Shown here: positions 59,752-64,000 of the stretch, piece after piece | How the letters are laid out: every line of letters starts with the position of its first letter | How positions within the stretch are numbered: position 1 is the stretch's first letter | Assembly: GCA_964485795.1 (NCBI GenBank) | Contig: CAZAJQ010000007.1 | Span: 3,880-67,879, forward strand | Length of the DNA: 64,000 nucleotides | DNA from: an uncultured Gammaproteobacteria bacterium | GTDB lineage: Bacteria > Patescibacteriota > Patescibacteriia > VMEV01 > CAZAJQ01 | Reading direction: 5' to 3' | The notes under the pieces: generated by a model | Told to the model about the DNA's origin: nothing | What the model saw: only the letters and a program-made list of their open reading frames with translations | Databases searched by the model: none | Translations under genes and position numbers: made by a program

Positions 59752-60349
59752 GATCTTATTCGTGCTTGTGCTCTGCCTATTCAGTCTGGTTTCCTGTGTG
59801 TCTAGTACAGTCATAGATGAACCAGAAAATTCACTAAAAATGGTATTGGGATATAATGTTCAAACCACATCCGAAAATACCAGACACGTGATAAAATTAA
59901 CCGTGAAAAACTATGACAATGCAGAAATGCAAACGATAAAAATCGTTTGTGAAGAAATCGAACAAGGAACCCAGCTGGAAGCAAAATATGTTCCAGAAGG
60001 GAACAACAATATAAACTTTCAGGAAAAGTTTATAAATGGGTACGTAAAAGCGAGAAAACTTCTTTTGTATAATGACACAGGGATGGCGATTCGGTTTGGT
60101 GAATTCATACTTAAAACAAACCATGCTTTCCCATGCTACATCTTAGACGGAAGAATTTTTTCTGTGGAACCAGATAAACATCTAGAAAGATGGTCAAACA
60201 AAATTCCCCCTTTGACATTCTTTGCAAAGAAACGAAAAAACCTAGTTCAGGTTCATGCCCAATCACAACGCGATGTGATTCCAAACACCTACTCAGGTTC
60301 CAGCCCTCCAATGGTCGGATTCGGATATAGCGGTGGCGGGCCAAAATAA
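59744..60349 (+). CDS. Orphan putative lipoprotein
   Basis: MEKILFVLVLCLFSLVS-C; AAGGAG upstream. Confidence 0.75.
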   Translation: MEKILFVLVLCLFSLVSCVSSTVIDEPENSLKMVLGYNVQTTSENTRHVIKLTVKNYDNAEMQTIKIVCEEIEQGTQLEAKYVPEGNNNINFQEKFINGYVKARKLLLYNDTGMAIRFGEFILKTNHAFPCYILDGRIFSVEPDKHLERWSNKIPPLTFFAKKRKNLVQVHAQSQRDVIPNTYSGSSPPMVGFGYSGGGPK

Positions 60350-60391
60350 TAATGAGAGACTGATATGAATATTCATATCAGTCTCTCATTA
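60350..60391. repeat. 42-bp perfect palindrome
   Basis: TAATGAGAGACTGATATGAAT|ATTCATATCAGTCTCTCATTA. Confidence 0.9.
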
Positions 60392-60516
60392 AAAAACGCT
60401 CGGTGATGCAAGGATTTGATGAATGAGATGTTCATGAAAGCCTTGTTTTACCGAAAATGTTTTTCGGTAAACGTTCTATTTATTTTTTTTAAAAAAAGGA
60501 GTTCTGACATGGAAAA
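60391..60516 (+). repeat. Duplicated 5' leader, copy 2
   Basis: Near-identical to 59630-59751; longer T and A runs. Confidence 0.9.
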
Positions 60517-61093
60517 ACAGTTACTCGCGATTTTTTTGCTTACTTTATTCTGTGTCGGTTGTACGACACCGGAAATCCATGAAAATCCTAATCTCAAAGA
60601 AATGAACATAGAGCTTCCTCATCGTTCGCTCCACGGATACTCAATTTATGACAGTTTCATGGTTGGCGGCGTCATGTTTAAAGACGACACTTTGGAACGT
60701 TTAGCAGCCGTCGAAAATGGCGAAAAACTGATACTCGAAATGTATTACCTAGAAAACGTTCATGGAAATGCTTGTTTTGTACAGTTAATTACAAGCGGAA
60801 AAGATTCTAGTTTTGTCACTGAAGCCTGCCTCAATAAAATCGATAAAAATAGCGATCGAAAAATCGATTTAAAAGAAATCATCCATTCCTATGAAGACCT
60901 CATAAACAATATTATCCTGAAATACAAAAAAAGTTTTCCAGAATTGGAAAAATTCCCATTGGGGAAATACCCGAATGCGTTAACCATTATTTGTGTCATG
61001 GGAAAGTCGTTTCAGGAAGAAAAAAATGTAAAACACATATACCTCTTTTCTTTGCAAAAAAGAGGTGAAAAAATTTTCCTTGAAAAAAAATAA
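60509..61093 (+). CDS. Orphan putative lipoprotein
   Basis: MEKQLLAIFLLTLFCVG-C; AAGGAG upstream. Confidence 0.75.
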   Translation: MEKQLLAIFLLTLFCVGCTTPEIHENPNLKEMNIELPHRSLHGYSIYDSFMVGGVMFKDDTLERLAAVENGEKLILEMYYLENVHGNACFVQLITSGKDSSFVTEACLNKIDKNSDRKIDLKEIIHSYEDLINNIILKYKKSFPELEKFPLGKYPNALTIICVMGKSFQEEKNVKHIYLFSLQKRGEKIFLEKK

Positions 61094-61104
61094 TACATTA
61101 CGTA

Positions 61105-61146
61105 ATATTCCCCCGAGATGCGAGCATCTTCGGGGGATATTTTTTT
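61105..61146 (+). terminator. Intrinsic terminator
   Basis: CCCCCGAGATGC-ga-GCATCTTCGGGGG then ATATTTTTTT. Confidence 0.7.
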
Positions 61147-61186
61147 AAAAATTTGCAGGGGTCGGTCGCGACCGCCCCCTACAAAT

Positions 61187-62536
61187 TCATATCAACAAAC
61201 TCTGCGCATACCACACGCCAATCGCCACCAAATACCCTACCAATGCGGGAAAACTCGCAAGCCGCAAATACGATTTCATCGTCAAATCTTTCAGCATGCC
61301 CATGGCCACGACACCGGCGGCGGATCCTATGACAAGCAGTGACCCTCCAGTGCCGACCGTCAAAGCGAGCAGGGACCAAATCTTGGGATCCGTCGATTTC
61401 AATGACTCGATCGCTATGGCCGTCAAAGGGACATTGTCCAAAATCGCGGAAATGAATCCGAGTGCCGTATTTCCCGCAAGAAATGTCATCAATGTCGGGT
61501 TCTCTCCATAAACGAAATGCGTCAATGAATCCAAAATTCCCAAAGCCTTGAGTCCGGCAACGGCGAGCAAAATGCCGATGAAAAATTTCAGCGACGTAAT
61601 GTCGGTCTTTTTTATGAATTTATCGATATCCGCATCCAAATGAGTGTTGCATTGCACGTCGAATTTTTTAAAAGTCTCAATCACCACCCAGACGCATCCG
61701 AAACCAAGAAGAATCCCCATATACGGCGGAAGCCCCAAGGCGTTCATGACAAGGGACAGGAAAAAACTCACAAAAACCGAACCGATGACGAATTTTTCGC
61801 TTGCGGTCATCACGCAGGCCGTTTCAAGGGGCTCATCGTCTTTATTGACGACGCTCTTTGGCCGCAAGAGAAACATGGTCGTAAAAAGTATCGAGAGAGC
61901 CGGTAAAAATGCGTAATGCATGATCTCGGTGGCCGAAAACTTGTGCGCGAGCCAGAGCATGATCGTCGTCACATCGCCGATCGGGGAAAAAGCCCCTCCG
62001 GCGTTTGCCGCGATCACGATGGCCGCACCGGCTCGAAGCAAATCTTCGCCCTTGAAAAATCGTCGCGCGATCTGGATCATGACGATGGTCGTAGTGAGAT
62101 TATCCAGCACCGCGGAAGTGAAAAACGTGATGGTCGTAATGAGAAAAAATTGTCCCTGCTGAGAAAGCCCGAAGGAATACATCTTCATCCTGATAAGATC
62201 GAAAAAACGATAATGCACCAAAATCTCCACCAAGGACATGGCTGAGAGAAGAAATATGACCAAACCGAAAATTTCTCCGGAAAATTCATGCAAATAGGCG
62301 GCATAGTCATGAGGCGCGACAAGAGCCACGGTAATCCACATCACGGCTCCCAGCACCAAAGCGATTGCGGCCTTATTGACATGGAATTTATGCTCGAGAG
62401 CTATAAACGCGTAACCAAGCAAAAAAAGCGAAGAAGCGAAGATTTGTACACCCGTCATATGACGCAAGATTTTCCAATCTTCCTCTCTGAAACGCATTGC
62501 TGATAAAACCTGCAACGACTTCAAAATTTCCGACAT
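61187..62536 (-). CDS. NhaD/IT-superfamily Na+/H+ antiporter (start may be 62458)
   Basis: SAVLDNLTT, ANAGGAFSPIGDVTT, SAILDNVPL, GTGGSLLVIGSAAGV. Confidence 0.9.
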   Translation of the reverse strand: MSEILKSLQVLSAMRFREEDWKILRHMTGVQIFASSLFLLGYAFIALEHKFHVNKAAIALVLGAVMWITVALVAPHDYAAYLHEFSGEIFGLVIFLLSAMSLVEILVHYRFFDLIRMKMYSFGLSQQGQFFLITTITFFTSAVLDNLTTTIVMIQIARRFFKGEDLLRAGAAIVIAANAGGAFSPIGDVTTIMLWLAHKFSATEIMHYAFLPALSILFTTMFLLRPKSVVNKDDEPLETACVMTASEKFVIGSVFVSFFLSLVMNALGLPPYMGILLGFGCVWVVIETFKKFDVQCNTHLDADIDKFIKKTDITSLKFFIGILLAVAGLKALGILDSLTHFVYGENPTLMTFLAGNTALGFISAILDNVPLTAIAIESLKSTDPKIWSLLALTVGTGGSLLVIGSAAGVVAMGMLKDLTMKSYLRLASFPALVGYLVAIGVWYAQSLLI

Positions 62537-62884
62537 TGCATGCCATTTTTCAGCCGTTTCGGATCAATCAGCGACCAGCGAATTTCAAAGCCAAATATTG
62601 GAAAATCAATTATGTTACGATGTTTAACGATGACCTGAGAACTTAAAACTCAGTACTCAGTTCTCAGTACTTCAGCAAAAAAAATAAAAAAAGTGCGTAC
62701 ACATCTCCCGATCTTTTATCTTTTTTTTAAAAAAAATAATCTGGGAGAATACCCGCACATATGTTCACGTCGTTTCCAAAAATTAAATTCTCATCCCCAA
62801 AAAAGTAATTCCGCAACAAGGTATTTGGTATTTTTGTGCGGGAATAAATCAATTTGGTCCATGATACTCCGGTTTTTGAGAATG

Positions 62885-63547
62885 TCAATGAATCGGATTT
62901 CGGTAAAAAAAATCCTTTTTTGAAAAAACCTTTGACGCGATAATCGGAGTCGATACTATCCGGCATTGAGGCAGCAATACGCATCCCGGTCCGATGGTCA
63001 CGTTGACTCCCAGCTGAACTTCATCGCCGATGATGGCGCCGAGTTTTTTCATTCCCGTATCCGTGCCGTCGACAACAATATTTTTTTCATCAAAACGGAG
63101 ATTGGCCACCTTCGCGCCGGCTCCGAAATGAACGCGAGCGCCCAAGATCGAATCGCCGACATAATTGAAATGATCGAGTCTTACCCCGTTCATGAGTATC
63201 GAGCGAATCGCTTCCGTGCCATGCCCGATCACGCAATCGTCTCCGGTAACGACATTTCCGCGTATGTAGGCGCCGCTGCGTATCTCGCAATTTTTTCCGA
63301 TAATCGCCGGCCCCTTGATCACGACGCCCGGCTCAATCGCCGTCCCCTCCCCGATGCTCACAAATCCGTCAAAAAAAACATTTGAACCAAAATCGTGCTT
63401 TTGACTCGCCGCATTTTTCCCGCAATACGCGTCCAACCTGCGAATGGGATCCCAAAGATTTTCGCTTCTCAAAAAAAGTTCTTGAAACTCCTCGGGAATA
63501 TTTTGAAAAAAATCCGAAAAAATATATCGGACATCCGGATTTGGCAT
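62885..63547 (-). CDS. Left-handed beta-helix acyltransferase (GlmU C-terminal-like)
   Basis: GPAIIGKNCEIR, HFNYVGDSILG, ANLRFD, KLGAIIGD. Confidence 0.85.
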   Translation of the reverse strand: MPNPDVRYIFSDFFQNIPEEFQELFLRSENLWDPIRRLDAYCGKNAASQKHDFGSNVFFDGFVSIGEGTAIEPGVVIKGPAIIGKNCEIRSGAYIRGNVVTGDDCVIGHGTEAIRSILMNGVRLDHFNYVGDSILGARVHFGAGAKVANLRFDEKNIVVDGTDTGMKKLGAIIGDEVQLGVNVTIGPGCVLLPQCRIVSTPIIASKVFSKKDFFYRNPIH

Positions 63548-63572
63548 AGGATAATATAAATCGCAAAAAAAA

Positions 63573-64000
63573 TTATTCGAAGGTAAATAATTCATCCAAC
63601 AAAAATCTCCCGCGTTCCTTTTCATGAAACTTCAAAGGATCAAAATCCACGATCTTGGCGTGCGAAATTTTCTCCCGATCGTCAAGCAATTCTCCCCATA
63701 GGGCGTGATCCTCGCACTGATGCACTCTCTTAAAGAAAATAATATCCAAAGACTTGGGAAGATATTTTTCAAGCGCCGACGCCGTTTCCGAAAACGTTTG
63801 CGGTCCGAATTCTTTTTTCAGCCCGTATTCGTCCGAGATAATGGCGCATAATGTCGCGGATGATGCCGCAATCGCCTCTTTGATGCCAGTGGGCAGAAGA
63901 GAAGCGATCACGCTCGTGTAGAGACTACCGGGACCAAAAATCAAAACATCGGCATTATTGATAACCTCCAAAACTTCCGGCCTGGCGGAAACGCGTGGAA
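63573..64000 (-). CDS. YvcK/UPF0052 family protein, 3' part (truncated by window)
   Basis: ADVLIFGPGSLYTSVIASLL..GIKEAI. Confidence 0.8.
   Translation of the reverse strand, partial: PRVSARPEVLEVINNADVLIFGPGSLYTSVIASLLPTGIKEAIAASSATLCAIISDEYGLKKEFGPQTFSETASALEKYLPKSLDIIFFKRVHQCEDHALWGELLDDREKISHAKIVDFDPLKFHEKERGRFLLDELFTFE

Noticed and set aside
59630-60516. Repeat as integron attC or CRISPR array
   Set aside because: Two copies only, upstream of genes, no RYYYAAC/GTTRRRY boxes, no intI or cas genes, no spacer periodicity
62650-62676. CTCAGTA/CTCAGTT heptamer tandem
   Set aside because: Three to four degenerate units, no supportable function
62727-62984. 85-aa ORF
   Set aside because: Overlaps the acyltransferase 3' end, no motif
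1-64000. Genetic code 25 (TGA=Gly)
   Set aside because: Conserved genes are full length under code 11 and pilB ends at TGA at the expected position

Overview
Gene content suggests a Patescibacteria/CPR chromosome using genetic code 11 (inference from type IV pilins and PilB, a Lys-rich RpoD N-terminus, a 4-domain RpsA and a 'GxILLxVExxGEAWYV' surface-protein repeat). Housekeeping genes (rsmE, typA, rpoD, dnaG, cysS, gyrA, rpsA, ftsH, tRNA-Asn, tRNA-Ser) alternate with orphan secreted, membrane and lipoprotein genes. The main result is a ~13.1 kb integrative element (17849-30958) at the 3' end of tRNA-Asn. Its large serine recombinase appears to carry the attachment site inside its own coding sequence. 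As integrated, the ORF ends in antisense tRNA sequence (WLRGWDSNPRPIG*). Joining the element ends at a shared CTCCG core gives an in-frame alternative C-terminus (WLRIVDNVRTIFQQQTEYVYIPDLSAFATK*) encoded 13 kb away. The element carries a primase-ATPase module and a tightly coupled 7-gene operon: HTH, DpnII-like R-M, then a HEPN-like protein, a 1023-aa protein and a SWIM protein (candidate defence system). Other signals: a duplicated switch-like leader before two unrelated lipoproteins, an unannotated 29-aa Cys-rich peptide with its own promoter and terminator, a TA module between direct repeats, REP-like hairpins and several apparent pseudoenzymes. All family calls are by eye from motifs; no searches were run.
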